DNA of 64,000 nt. Source: Rhizophagus irregularis (lineage: Eukaryota). The notes under the pieces are model-generated. The model saw nothing but the letters and a program-made list of their open reading frames with translations, was not told where the DNA came from and ran no database searches. A program made the translations under genes and the position numbers. Below are positions 31,588 through 44,900 of this stretch, one piece after another; the first letter of the stretch is position 1, and each line of letters opens with the position of its first letter. The stretch covers positions 3,472,001 to 3,536,000 of the forward strand of contig NC_089429.1 of assembly GCF_026210795.1 (NCBI RefSeq), in the 5' to 3' direction.

Positions 31588-33716
31588 TCAATCATTAGAA
31601 GGGGAAGGGTTTGAGGGAGAGAAGGAGTCCAATTTTTCCATAATCGAACCAAGTTGGGCAGAAAGATTCTTATGTACACTAGTAACATTAGAAATTTCCA
31701 ATTGCAGACAGGAAGCAGTAGCATCAGGAGCAATAATATTGGGATGGGAGTTTGGTAAGGGGACATGTCTACTAGATAAGACGGAGTGAGGATCCAAAGT
31801 TGAAAAGGAAGCTGGAAGCATCAGGAGAGGTGTCCATAAGAGAAGAGGAAGTATTAAGAGGAAGAATGGATCGTGAACTCGTGTCTTGGGTTGGTTCATC
31901 ATCCCATCCATTATCATGGGAATAGATTTCATTATCATCACGAGGCCGATACAAATCAGAGTTTCCAGGACCGTCATAACCCATCATTGATTCAAACTCA
32001 GATAACCTATACTCATATTGCGTGATAGTATCTTGCATCCAGGAGACAGTTTCATCAAGAGTACTGAGGGTGTTAGCTATCTTTTTGATCTGTGCCTTTA
32101 AATCATCAATGATATGTTGAGGAAGCGTATAGGCAGAGTCGCCAGATGGAGAAGCAGGTGTAGATCTATTAGGGTATTATTTGTGTGGAGATTGAGTAGA
32201 ACCAGAAGAGTTTTCATTGTTCCTGGGATTGTTAATATTATTATTGCTGGTCCAGTTGTTACTATGAGAAGTATTAGGACGAGAAGTGTTAATAACATTA
32301 TTATTGTTATTGTTAGATCGGGATGAAGAAGAATTATTGCGGGATCTAGAGTTGGATCGCGATCTGAAACAGAAATTGGATTTGTCACGTGATTGGCATG
32401 AATCCTGACGACCACGTCTAGGACCAGCATTAAAGTGCGAATACAGTTTGTTAAAACGTTCATCCACTTTTCGCGTGGGGTGAGGATTGCATACAGAAGG
32501 GGAACAACTAGGACACCTACAAACATGGCATAAAGTGTGAGCTTCATTAGGAAGGTGCCATGTCAACCCTTTGCCGCAGAAAGCCACAGTCATCTCTTTC
32601 GCAGCTTTAAGAGTATCAAATGAGGAGAAATTCAGATATACATAGGGTTTAGGCTTGTAAGAATTGATGGATAGGGGAACATTGAGAGCCTTAGCATTAA
32701 CATGAGTAGCAATTTCTAAAAGGTCAGCTTCTTTAATATTTTTTAGAATGCCAGCAAGAATAGCGACATGTTCTCTACGGCTTTTACGTTGGAGTTTCGA
32801 AAAAGATGCCGGGCAGACACGTAAAGAATTACCTAGGCAAATGATCACCCAGATATCATTAAATTGGGTAACTGCATTCGCGGAGGAAAATTGGATGTGT
32901 CTATTATAATAATGTTTTTTCAGGGTAAGTTTGCACTTAATCACATTGCCATATCGGGAAAAGGCCTGACGGACTTGTGTCTCGTTTAGAAAAAGTGGGA
33001 TGTTGGTGACAAACAAAGACTTCGCTTTATTACTGAGTTTGGCATCTGCAGGGAAATAATGGGTGAATGCCAAATCGAGAAGATCAGCACATGGGGAGTT
33101 GACACAATCGGTAAAATCATCTTGATTATTGAAGAAGACAAGGATTTTTTTGTTATCGCGTGATCCATCGTAGTGTGCGCGGACACCATAGGAGGAATAA
33201 CAAGAGAGCGAACAATTCACTTCATCACACATAAAGCGATTAGTAATAAATTTAGCTTTAAATACGTCAGGCACGTCGCGTAGATAGGCCGCAGCATGAT
33301 AGCGAGAAGGTGTGGATTTAATAGCGGTAGCATTACCATCGGGGGATGGTTGACGTTCCGGGATAGCGAAGGCAACAGATTTACCTTTGTCGTCCTGAGA
33401 GGCTACAGTGGTAGGAGCAGGAAGGGTTTGTGCGTGGATAGAGGAGTCTAGAGAGTTATCATTAATAATAGGTGGTTGCGTAATAACAGACAGGAAGGCC
33501 GGTCAGAGCAGTAGGACCAGGGCTGAAACCAGGGGTACGAGTAGAGGTTGTTTCAATATCCATAGCATTATCAGGGACAGAACGCAAACGCTTAGTGGAC
33601 ACGCTACCAGAGTTATCAGGAGATAACGAGCGACTTCCAGAGGGAAAAGTAGGTCCAGGAAGCGGCAGAGGTGGTATATCAGGGTTAATAACCGAAGGAG
33701 CTTTGGGTGTTGTCAT
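31588..33716 (-). pseudogene. LINE ORF1 (RRM domains, Cys/His motif, S/R/N-rich tract, coiled coil), frameshifted
   Basis: SLFVTNIPLFLNETQVRQAFSRYGNVIKCKL, PYVYLNFSS and CHVCRCPSC. Split across several ORF fragments. Confidence 0.8.
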
Positions 33717-34863
33717 AGTAAAGCAAGTTTAATAAGAGGAAAGCAACGAGGAAAGATTATTTTAAACTTGTAAATTTCGAACAATATGTTTTTTCAAAAT
33801 TTCAGGAAAGAGTTGCGATGATCCTCATATTTGGTGATTATAAAGAGATGTAACTATATAAAAAATTTCTTATATTAGTATATCATAATTCCAGCCAAAA
33901 ATTAACATAATTTTGGCCAAAATTATACTTAAAACTTTATTGTATCATAACTCAGCCAATATTAATCGTAGAGAAATGATCTTACCGCCATTCGATTCAT
34001 CTCAATGAAACAGTTCTAATAGTATAAAATACATCAAAATCCAATCACTAGATTAATTTCCAAAATTAAAAAAATATTAATGGTTTTGTGTAATAACTCT
34101 GCCAAAAGAAAAAAGAAAATAAATGATAGCAAAATATTTGCGAGATTAATAGATCTAAATCACGATTGTTAAAGAAAAATTCGCAAAAATTTTTCTTGAT
34201 ACTGCTTAATTTTTGTGATACCACTTAATTTTTAAAGTTTAAATGTGATACCGCTTATTTTAATTTCGATTAATAAATTACACGTTATTAAGAAAAATTC
34301 GCAAGAATTTTTCTTAATGCTGCTTAATTTTTAAAGTTTAAAAATGTGATACCGCTTATTTTAATTTCGATTAATAAATTAAAGTCACGTTCTTAAGAAA
34401 AATTCGCAAGAATTTTCTTAATACTGCTTAATTTTTAAAGTTTAATTATGTGATACCGCTTATTTTAATTTCGATTAATAAATTAAAGTCACGTTCTTAA
34501 GAAAAATTCGCAAGAATTTTTCTTAATACTGCTTAATTTTTGTGATACCATGCTTAATTCCCCGATTAATAAAATTGAAATCACGTTTTTAAGAAAAATT
34601 CATGAGAATTTTCCTTGATACTGCTTAATTCTAATTCAGCTAATTTAGTATTAAGGTTTTAATTTAAAAATTACGCAGTATCTAATTAAATCGTTCAGTT
34701 ACACTAAATTTTTTTTTTTTTTGCGAACAAAAAAAAAAAATTTCAAATTCAAAAAAAAAACGAGTTTTTTTTAGTATGTTTTAGTCGTTATCAAGAAAAA
34801 TTCGCGAGAATTTTTCTTGATACTGCTTAATTCTAATTCAGCTAATTTAGTATTAAGGTTCTA

Positions 34864-37569
34864 TGGTGCGGCGCACCTATACTCATCAATTAGTCCGAAA
34901 TTCAAATTATAATAAAGTTACGTGAAATTCACGTGAAATGGTTTTTATTGGTCGTTAAGCAATCAGTTTTTAATTTCGCGGCGTAAAACATAAACTAATC
35001 AAATTTAATTTGGTTTAATTCTTCTATAACTTCGTCCGGAATTCTTCTATGAGATCTATATTTTTTAACTGCATATTCAGCTAATTTTCCACCAATTCCT
35101 TTTTGATATAAACTCATATAACGCCAAGCTTTTCTTGCAAATCTTCTAATTGTAATTAATGAAACTGATTCAAGACTTTGGGGTACAATTTGTTTTAATC
35201 CTACCCATGAATAATTACAGTTTTCTCTTGCATGCCTCTTTGCAGCCCCCCAATAACGCTCAATAAAGTTAAGTTCACAATGAAATTTTGGGTAAAAAAT
35301 ATATTTGTGACCTGCCTTTTCAATTATTTCAGCAATTGCACCCTTTTGAGCAAGAAAATCTGGTTCTAAGGACATTACTCGGCGCGCACAACAATTAATT
35401 CGATTTTCATCATCATTTTTTTCTTTGCATTCTTTGCATTCCAACATCAATCCACCATTAGGCCATTTTTTTCGTTCTTGTAATATTTGTCTCAGTCCTA
35501 GGCTGACCTCGAAGCTTTTCATTTGGATGGTCATCAGAAAATACCATTGATTGCAACTGGTTATCAGGACCCCAGTAAGTATCACGCATTTTTGGTTGCA
35601 AACCACCAGGTTTTAAGTTCATTTTTTTTGCCACTAATGCATCTTTTGCAAATATTGCATGATTTGAACTGTTATCAAATGCAAAAATGCCGATACAATT
35701 TGGATAAAGAACTTCAAATATAGGAATTGCTTTAATCTTTATCTGTTCAATGACATTTTCTGCCGTCCAATAACCTTCACGATCTTTACCTGGCTCTAAA
35801 TATTCACGAGCTTCTACTGGAACATTAGGGTATTGTTCAATATTTTCTGGTTTCAATTTCAAACGTCCATCAACTTCTGTTAAAAACTCGCTAATCATAA
35901 TTGATTTACCATTACCTTTTTTCCGTAAAGGCAATTCACCATTTTTGGCCTATACACCACGTAATCCATCATTAGAATAAAAAATACATTTATCATGCGT
36001 TACTAAAATGTGCTCTTTTTCACCTTCTGCTAAATCAGGTAAGATCCGATCCATATTTTCACCTTCATAACGTGACATAAGCCTCTCATATTCAAAAATT
36101 TGTTTTAAAAAATCATTCCTATATTGAACCACATTCGCACGTTCATGTCCATCATAAAATATACCTTGCTTTTGTCTTTGCTTTGTATATCCAAGAATAT
36201 GAAGCCAGCGGACTGCAGTTGAAATATTTATAGTTTTTTTCTTATTAATTCCCAACTTAGCTAATGAGATTGTGTTCTATAAACTCTTTGAATTTTATAG
36301 GCATGACTTTGTAATTTTGATCTCGAATCCAAGCATGACATTCTTCAGCAACATCTTCATCATCAATTAATCGAATGGTTTTTTGATGCTTTCCTTGATA
36401 TGATATAGGAAGTGCATTATGAAGAAGCCAATAATTAGCCCAATTTCGTATTTGACGAGCTTTCCAAACTCCACCATCAACAAAAACCATACGTGCAACA
36501 TTTAAACTTGCTTCCATTTTCCCACCACCATTTTCATCTGATAGTTTCAAATACTCAAATATTGCTCGTTTCTTATTGTATTCATTAACCTTCATTTTAT
36601 TGTGCTGACTTCCTAATTCTTCTTTCAAAGCCTTCATTCTTGCATCAATATTAGTCACTTTACATATGTTTTCTTCCTCTGATCCACTTTGTTCACTTTC
36701 ATTTTCAATATTATGATCGGTATTAGATTGAGCTTTATATACGGGAAAAAAACTTGTGATCTTTGAGGTGCCAAATGCCGCTTTGGTAAATGAGCCACTT
36801 GGTCCCCACTTATCATAATATGTTGATTTTGGTGTCTTACATGCACTATATGGACCTCGTTTCTTTTTTTCAAATTCGTTATTTACATCCCACTCTAAAA
36901 ACATAATAAATAAATAAAAAATTATTCTGAAATAATTGCTTTTATTTCTTACCTAACTCAATCATCATCAATTTTGATTGAGTATTTTTTTCCTTTTCTA
37001 AATCAAACTCATCCTCCCATCCACTGTCATCATCATCTCCCCATTCCTCTGCAGAAAATTCTAACTCAAGAGTGACGTCATCGGTCCCTTCTCTAATATT
37101 CAATTCATATTGTGTTGGATGGTTGTTATTGCTCCTTTTTTTTGTTCCAAACCTACCATCTGATGTCCGAAACTGTTGCTTGTAAAGTTTTTGTCGTTTC
37201 TTGACGGGCGGCATTTTTAATTTAATGATAACAACGCGTGGGAAAATGAAAATTCTCAATATCTTCGTTACTGCGATTCATTATTTATACATGAAGATCA
37301 AAATTACATCATAAATCCATGTGAAATTTATCATTTCAGTTTTTCCGAATTTTTGATATTTACTAATAAAGACATATGATTTTACGCATTTTAAAACTTT
37401 AATAGTCCACCAAAAAATCATGTAATCTCAAATTAAAACCGATAGATTGAAAGAGAATAACCTAATCTATCATTCTATCGGTGTTAATTTTATAAATTAC
37501 ACAAAATGTAGAACTAGATAGATTTGGCAGTTACACGAAATTTTTGATGAGTATAGATGCGCCGCACCA
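34864..37569 (-). mobile_element. IS630-Tc1-mariner DNA transposon (2706 bp)
   Basis: 26-bp TIRs tggtgcggcgca(c/t)ctatactcatcaa with one mismatch, flanked by TA at 34862-63 and 37570-71. Encloses a DDE transposase. Confidence 0.92.
34995..37214 (-). pseudogene. Tc1/mariner-type DDE transposase, disrupted
   Basis: VTHDKCIFYSND, FAFDNSSNHA and FYPKFHCELNFIERYWG. One intron, frameshifts near 36260 and 35500, and an in-frame TAG at 35950. Confidence 0.88.
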
Positions 37570-38149
37570 TATCAAAGAATTTCTCGTGAATTTTTCTTGA
37601 TCATCGTGATTTTTAATTTATAAATCAGACTTTTGAACTTTAAAATTAAGCAAGTATGAAGGAAATTTCTTGCGAATTTTTGTTATAAATCAGACTTCTG
37701 ATGGATTTTTTATATGATCACGTGAAATTATCTATACAGTTTACAGTAGGGATCGGCATCACGCATGAATAGAAACCGCGCCCGACCTGCTAGATCATAT
37801 GGAGATGATGTAATTTTTATTTGTGAAACTAAGGATATTGTTTGTTGTTTGAATCATTACCAATTACGTTTAAATATAACTCTATACTTATAAAAGATGA
37901 TCGTGAAATCATATGAAATAAAATTTGTATATAAGGGGAATTTTCTTGATATTCTCACGGGTAGTGGGATCACTGCATCCAAGTTTGATTCAAGTTTTAA
38001 TAAGAGGAAAAAAAAAATTTTTCCTCTGCCATTTAATTAAAAAGATGAGTAAAAAAGACTATCAATATGAGTATATTAAAAGGCAAAACCGTCAGTTTGC
38101 GCTGTGATATTCACAAAATAAATATTACATATATGAGAGTATTATTGAC

Positions 38150-38700
38150 CATAATTAGATAATTAAATTGGTAATTTAAATTTATTTTAATAAATAAAAC
38201 ACCCCTTTAATTTTTTAGATCAATTCGAGACAATTAATTTTTTTCTCTAAATTTTTAGATCGATTCAACACCCTTATTGACCATAATTAGATTGTAATTA
38301 AATTTATTTTAATAAATAAAACACCCCCTTGATTTTTTAGATCAATTCGAGTTTATTAAATAGACACCCTTTACAATTAATTTTTTCTCTGGATTTTTAA
38401 ATCGATTCAACACCCTTATAATTAATTTTTTCTGATTTTTATCGATTTAACATCTTTAACATTAATTTTCTTCCTTCAATTTTTTCCTCAAAAATCACCC
38501 TTATAATTAATTTTTTCTTTAATTTTTTATCGATTTAACATCTTTAACACTAATTTTCTTCCTTCAATTTTTTCCTCAAACTTCCTTCATTTTTCCTTCA
38601 ATTTTTTCCTCAAACTTCCTTCAATTTTTTCTTCTTCCTTCAATTTTTTCCTCAAACTTCCTTCAATTTTTTCTTCTTCCTTCAATTTTTTCCTCAAAAA
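38150..38700 (+). repeat. Local duplications and pyrimidine-rich tandem repeat (ttccttcaattttttcctcaaac-like)
   Basis: Duplicated attgaccataattagat...cacccc segments followed by several ttccttcaatttttt units. Confidence 0.7.
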
Positions 38701-38708
38701 TCTCAAAA

Positions 38709-40121
38709 ATGGATTCAATCGACAAAGAAAGTAAATTAAAAGAAATTAGTATGTAATGAATGAGATATATAAATTTATGTTTTTTATTTATGTATTATAA
38801 GTTTTTTTTTATTTACTTAATAATTTTTCCAAAAGAACAAAATTTAATAAGGTTCGCCTCAAAGACATTTAAAGAGATGAAAGAATTAGAAATTAGATCT
38901 CTTAATATTTCTAATTCAAACGCTATATTAGAAAATAATGATATTGGGATATTCCGAATTCATTTTGGAGAAAACGATTTTAATGAAATTGATGAAGAAG
39001 AAGTTGATTCAAAAAAACAGTCAATCACAATAAAAAATAAAAAAGTTAATAATTTTTTTATACTTTTAATTCATTAAGATTCTATTCATTTTGACAATAT
39101 ATTAATTATGCATTGTTATGCGCAGAAACCGTTTTTATCATCTCCGGCTATTACGATGGCAAGGAATCTACGAGAATTATTACTAAATATTGATAAACTC
39201 CCAGATCAATAATCTTTTACGATGAACCCGACAAAATTCACAATAATTGAATCATATGTACAATTTTTGTTGAACAAATTAAAAAGTTCTTCAACAAAAG
39301 AAGCTTTTGTTGAAGAACTTAGATGTAATAATGACAATTTCTTAGAAATCGGTCTACCTCCTAATAATGAAAATTTAAAAGATAATTTTGAGATTACCTC
39401 GAAGGTAAATTTGTTAAAAATGGAGGAATCTTCCTTCGAACGAAGTAAGGAAGAAATAATAAGAGCGCTGGTCGCTCAATTAATATCAATTTATGACAAT
39501 GTTCTTCAGGAATATATCGAAGCAGAGATTAATAGACGAAATGGATTTCGTAATTATTTGAATTTTTTAAAGATTTATAAAAAAATCGAAATATTTTGTA
39601 ACATATACAAAATCAGATTGAAAGGTCAAACAATAAAAAATCAAACAAATACCAAAATTGTCGATTATAGCGAACAAAAAATTAAATTAACAACTCTCAC
39701 CATCACTCTCAGAGCAGCAAAAAGAATTGATAGGCTATTAAGTCTTTCCAATAAAAATTTTCTCATTGTTGACATATTTCCTAATTTAGATGTAGCTTTT
39801 TTTAAATCATCGTCAATTAATGTCGCTGCATATGAATGTTGGCTGAAGATCATAGAAACGGGAAAAATAATTTCAGAGGAGCAAGGATACGAAATCTATC
39901 AACAAAAAAAGAAGGAGGAGAATTCATTAAGAGAAAATATTCTTAAACAAGTGTATGAATCAGCGGGATATGAATCGGCGGAATATGAATCAGCGGAATA
40001 TTATTACATTGATGAAGAATCACCAAGATACTATCCTGATAACGACAATCCTGATAATGAAGAATCACCAAGATATTATGCCGATAACGAAGAATCTATT
40101 CTTCCTATGGATAAATCTTAA
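38709..40121 (+). pseudogene. Orphan spliced gene with a 299-aa terminal ORF; possible in-frame stop at 39209
   Basis: ATG at 38709 with GT-AG introns. The long ORF 39222-40121 ends in acidic YES/SPRYY repeats. No family recognised. Confidence 0.5.
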
Positions 40122-40432
40122 CTCTTTCCTCCGCTTTCTTTCTCTTCTTCTTCTTCCTTCTTCGTTATTTTCCTCCTTTCCTCCTTCTTCTTCTCTCTTC
40201 TTCGCTCGTATCCTCCCTCTCTTCTTTTTCTCCTTTTTCGCTCTTTTCTTTCTTTTTTTCCTTCTTTTCTCCTTCTTCGTTCTTTTCCTCCCTTCCCTTC
40301 CCTTCCTCCTTCCTTTTCCTCTTTAATTTCACCAGTAGAATCCATTATTTTTTTGATTTTTTGTTCCTCGGCACTTGGTACTGATTTCGTCCGTTTCTTT
40401 GGCTCTCTTTTGACGCTTTCTTTCACGTTCAT
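40118..40432 (-). other. Low-complexity K/E/R-rich ORF convergent with the orphan gene
   Basis: 104-aa purine-rich ORF. Coding status uncertain. Confidence 0.3.
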
Positions 40433-40619
40433 GTTTAAGTCATTGTTTGGGTGTTTTTCTCCTTTTGTTATTTCATTTCTCGGGTTAGTACTTTGATATC
40501 CATTTTATTATAATTTTTAAATGTAAAAGTTTATGCAAAGCGCATGGGAATTTTATATCTGATTTTTTTATCTTAATTTTTATAGTCGTCATCTTTACTT
40601 TAAAGTACAAAATTAGAAA

Positions 40620-41411
40620 TACAATCGCCACTGGTTACAAACCTGGATATACCGAAAACTCGTTATATCGAACCAAATAGTGCAGAACTATTTATCCAAA
40701 ACTTGTGTTTGTTTGATCAAATATATTATATACTGAATGATCACGTGAATTAAAATTGGATAATCTTTTTTTTTATCGGAATACAAAATTTAAAAAAAAA
40801 ACCCGATATTAACACAATATATCAACAAAGAAAAGGGATTATGTCAACAAATCTTGTGTTACAATATTTTGCTGTGCAAATGCAACCTCGTGTTATGAAA
40901 AATGTCAACTACAAAAACCTTCCCGTTCATTATTTTTGGAATAAAAAGGCGTGAATGCAAGTTAGTATTTTAATGAAATTCTTCTTGAACTTAATCTCTT
41001 GAACTTAATACATGAAATTCTTCTAATATATATTTATTTCTTTTATTTTTTAGTTTTGATGGAAAAATTGATGACCTTGATATGTTAATTTCTAGTTGAT
41101 ATTAACGTATATGGATATGTTCATATTGAGGATGAAATGCTAGAGGGTGGACTTACTGATGAAGAAATTGTTGATAGGATATGAATACAAAAATGAAATA
41201 ACTTATTTATACCAGAAAAAGTTACTTTGGCAGTAGTTAAAAGATTTATAAACGAATCTATAAGATTTTTATACGCAGAAGTGGGTAAAGAATTAAATAA
41301 TATAATATAATAATAAAGATAATTCATAATTCACCTTAATTATTTTTAATCATGTGATTTGATTTTATTGGTAGAATTTATATACCGCGTTATATCCAGT
41401 GACGACCGCAA
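40620..41411 (+). mobile_element. Degenerate pogo/Tigger-like remnant
   Basis: Degenerate TIRs tacaatcgccactggttac and cgttatatccagtgacgaccgca. An internal fragment reads YVHIEDEMLEGGLTDEEIVD, resembling acidic C-termini of CENP-B/pogo transposases. Confidence 0.45.
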
Positions 41412-41989
41412 TCTCAATTTTATTAATCGAAAAAAATAAGTAGTACCAAGAAAATTCTCAGAAAATTTTCTTGATGATCGCAATTAATTGGATTTAAATT
41501 TAAAAATTGTCAATCGTAATTTCAATTTCAATTTCAATTTATTTATTAATCAGCCTTTGAAAAATAAGGCCCATCAATTTCTAAAAATAGCTAAACGCGA
41601 ATTTAATTTTAATGATTATTCTGTTATATTAACAAAATTGATCAATTTGCGCTTTTTTCTAACAATAATAGTTAGATAATATAAAATAGATAGTCATAAC
41701 GCTATTATGTAATAATAAAAGAGTAATTTCTAATTAAACTCAATTCCAATTGTTTGTTTGTAAATTCTAATCGTTTGATTGTGACGTAAATCATGATCAT
41801 CTTCCGATTTCTGAAACTATTTTTCACAAATATATACTGTATTGATATTGATGGACTGAAATTTAAAATGCCCCATGATTTTTTAGAAAACAACTTATTA
41901 GCATAGCGGCCAATCACAAAGATAGCACTGAAAATATAAGATCAGCTGATACTAACAACTGTGATCTGTATATGGTGATTAAGACCGAT

Positions 41990-44900
41990 TAGAATCACGA
42001 TTGTTAAGAAAAATTCTTGGGAATTTTTCTTGATACTGCTTATTTTAAAGTTTAAAGACCAATTAGCAAACTGAAATCACGATTTCAAGAAAAATTCTCA
42101 TGAATTTTTCTTGATACTGCTTATTTTTAAAGTTTAAAGACCGATTAGTAAACTAAGATCACGATTTTAAGAAAAATTCTCACGAATTTTTCTTGATACA
42201 GACTGATTAGTAAATTGAAATCACGATTTTTAAATATGATTGTCTATATTTAACTAACTTTAATAATGATTGATCATTTTGTTAGAATTGTTAATTTTAG
42301 ATACATAGTATGATATTATCGATACTTTTGCAATTGTAACAGATTTTGAAATCTATTATAAAATAGTTTTTTTTAGTTAAATAAATCATTTCGACTTTTT
42401 AGTAACTTTAGATAATATAGAGTCATGTTTGTGATCGAATTTTCTTTGTTAACGGTACGCGTTTCTCTAGAATCATGATTGTTCACAATTTAGTTACCCT
42501 AGATAGTATAGAGTCATATTTGTGATCGAATTTTCTTTGTTAACGGTACGCGTTTCTCTGAGTCACGATTGTTCATAAATAAATGTGATTGAATTTTCTG
42601 TTAATGGTACGCGTTTCTCCATCATTCATACATTTTGCATTTATCATTTACGTATTCTTTCTTATTTTTACGTGTTCTCATTCATATTCGTATGTTTACG
42701 TCAAAAAAATGAATCAACAAGAAGAAATTTCCTTGATCAAAAAACAAAATGAACTCATCTTGGAAAGATTAAAGTATAATAGATTTTTTATAAGAATAAA
42801 TTTAAATGAATATTATTACTAATGAGTTATTTTTTAAAGTTCTTTAGATGATGGTACTTTTGCTGTGTTGTTCACAAATATTCGCAGACCTTCTATGTCA
42901 TCCACAACCTCCCCCGTTGACGTGTCATCTTTATCAGCTCATGAAAATATTCGCTAGCCTTCTACGTCATCCACAACCTTCCCCGTTAACGTGTCATCTT
43001 TATTAGCTCGTGGAAATTCTCGCAGACCCTCTACGTCGTCCACAACCTCTCCTGTTGATGTGTCATCTTTATCAGCTCGTGGAAATATTCGCAGACCCTC
43101 TACGTCGTCCACAACCTTCCCCGTTGACGTAAGTTATTAATATAAGTCTAATCATACTTTTTAAAAAAAAATTCAATTTTGTAAAAAAACTAATAAAACT
43201 AATAATGTATGATATGTATGATTAAAAGACACACAATAAAAGTTTTGTTGCAAAACCAAAAAAAAAATACATATCTAAGTTAGATATGATAAGTACGTTA
43301 GATATAACGAATGAAATGTATACGTTGTGTATGGTACGTATATACATTAAATAATAATTGAATTTTCATACAAACAAGGCTTTTTGTAATAAATTAATAA
43401 TCAATAAAACTAGTCGTCAATGAGAATATGTGCAGATTATCATCTTGATTATAATTTGTCATATAAAGACATACACAAAAACATTTTATTTAAAATAATC
43501 GAAAAGGTATTTATTTTTATTTACTTTAATCAATATGTTTATAGAATAAATATATAATATTTATAGAATAATTTTATAATTATTTTTTTTTAGTTTAAAA
43601 TAAAAACTAAGGATCTTAACATTTCGCTTGGATACAATGATTGGTTTGCATACGAGCTATTAAAAAAACACGTTCAGCACGTTCGTAAGTATTTCTTTTT
43701 TTATTAATATAATACAAATTAAATATGATTTTTTAAAAAATCAAAAAATATAATTTATATTTATATAATCAAAGGCGACCACAAAGCAAAAACAATAAAT
43801 GAATATTTCACGAAAAGAACCCGAAGCAGAGGTGAGGAGAGGCCAGTGGAAAAAAACGTAGAAGAAAGCGGTGGTGATGAAGAAGAGAGAGAAAGTGAAG
43901 GTGAAGAAGCAGCAGCAGAAATTGAAATTCGGGATGACTCCGATTCTGATATAGACGAAGATTTAGAACGTCAACTCTTAAATTTATTTCGTAAAAGATA
44001 TAAAAAAACAGGCGGAACAGATAGTAATAAGGATGAAGAATTAGAACGCAATCTTATACGTGAAATAAGAAGTAAGTACGAGCGTAAAAAGAGGGAGAGG
44101 CAACTACAACAACAAAAAATACTACTACTACAACAACAACGAAAACAGCAGCAGGAAGAAAAAGAAAAAGAAGTTGAAGAAAAAGAAAAAGAAATTGAAG
44201 AAAAAGAGAAAGAAATAGAAGAAAAAAAAAATGAAACAGCCACAAGTAATAATTTTTCTGTATATTAATTAATTAATTTAAGTATTAAAAATAACTTATT
44301 TTTATCATTTTTTCTTAAGGAGGTGGACGTACCTTACGCAAAAGGACAGTGATGGCCAATAAGGCCAATAAAAAAGCGAGGGCCAATAAAAAAAGATAAT
44401 GAAAAAAATAAAAGGTAAATAACATTACGCAAAAGGACAGTGACGGCCAATAAAAAAGATAATGAAAAAATAAAAAATAAAAAGTAAATAGTTAAATATG
44501 TTTGTAATAAACAACTCATTTTTATAAAAAAAATTATTAATGAACTGAAATAAATAATAATAGTAATTTTTATATTTAATTGGCTTTTGAACCTTAAGAA
44601 AATTCGTGAGAATTTTTCTTATCGGGATTTCAATTTACTTAAACTTTAAAATGAGAAGTATCAAGAAAAATTCGCGAGAATTTTTCTTGAAATTGGGATT
44701 TTAGTTCGCGAATTTTTCTTGATACTGCTTATTTTAGTTTACTAACCGGTCTTTAAACTTTAAAAATAAGCGGTATCAAGAAAAATTCGCGAGAATTTTT
44801 CTTGAAATCGTGATTTCAGTTTGCTAATCGGTCTTTAAACTTTAAAATAAGCAGTATCAAGAAAATTCGCGAGAATTTTTCTTAAAAAATCGTGATTTCA

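Larger units (their letters stand above)
25861..33825 (-). mobile_element. Full-length (7965 bp) non-LTR retrotransposon (LINE) with ORF1 and ORF2, decayed
   Basis: 16-bp direct repeat catatttggtgattat at 25845-25860 and 33826-33841. Domain order is RRM, APE endonuclease, RT, RNase H, Cys/His knuckle. Confidence 0.92.
25807..34100. mobile_element. Left arm of a Tc1/pogo-like element split by the LINE insertion
   Basis: Starts TA|CAGTCAATTCTCTTTATAGTCA. The internal inverted copy gtgattataaagag is restored when the LINE is removed. No right TIR was found. Confidence 0.45.
34150..37700 (+). repeat. Array of imperfect-palindrome units AAGAAAAATTCGC(A/G)AGAATTTTTCTT with linkers, interrupted by the Tc1 element
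   Basis: About seven units at 34170-34825, continuing at 37575-37685 after the insertion. Confidence 0.8.

Noticed and set aside
33717..33825. Self-cleaving ribozyme in the LINE 5' UTR
   Set aside because: AT-rich, with no HDV-like or hammerhead core recognisable by eye.
39955..44245. Hydrophobic F/S/L-rich ORFs (39955-40326, 43971-44243, 44054-44245)
   Set aside because: Reverse complements of purine-rich K/E tracts, not real membrane proteins.
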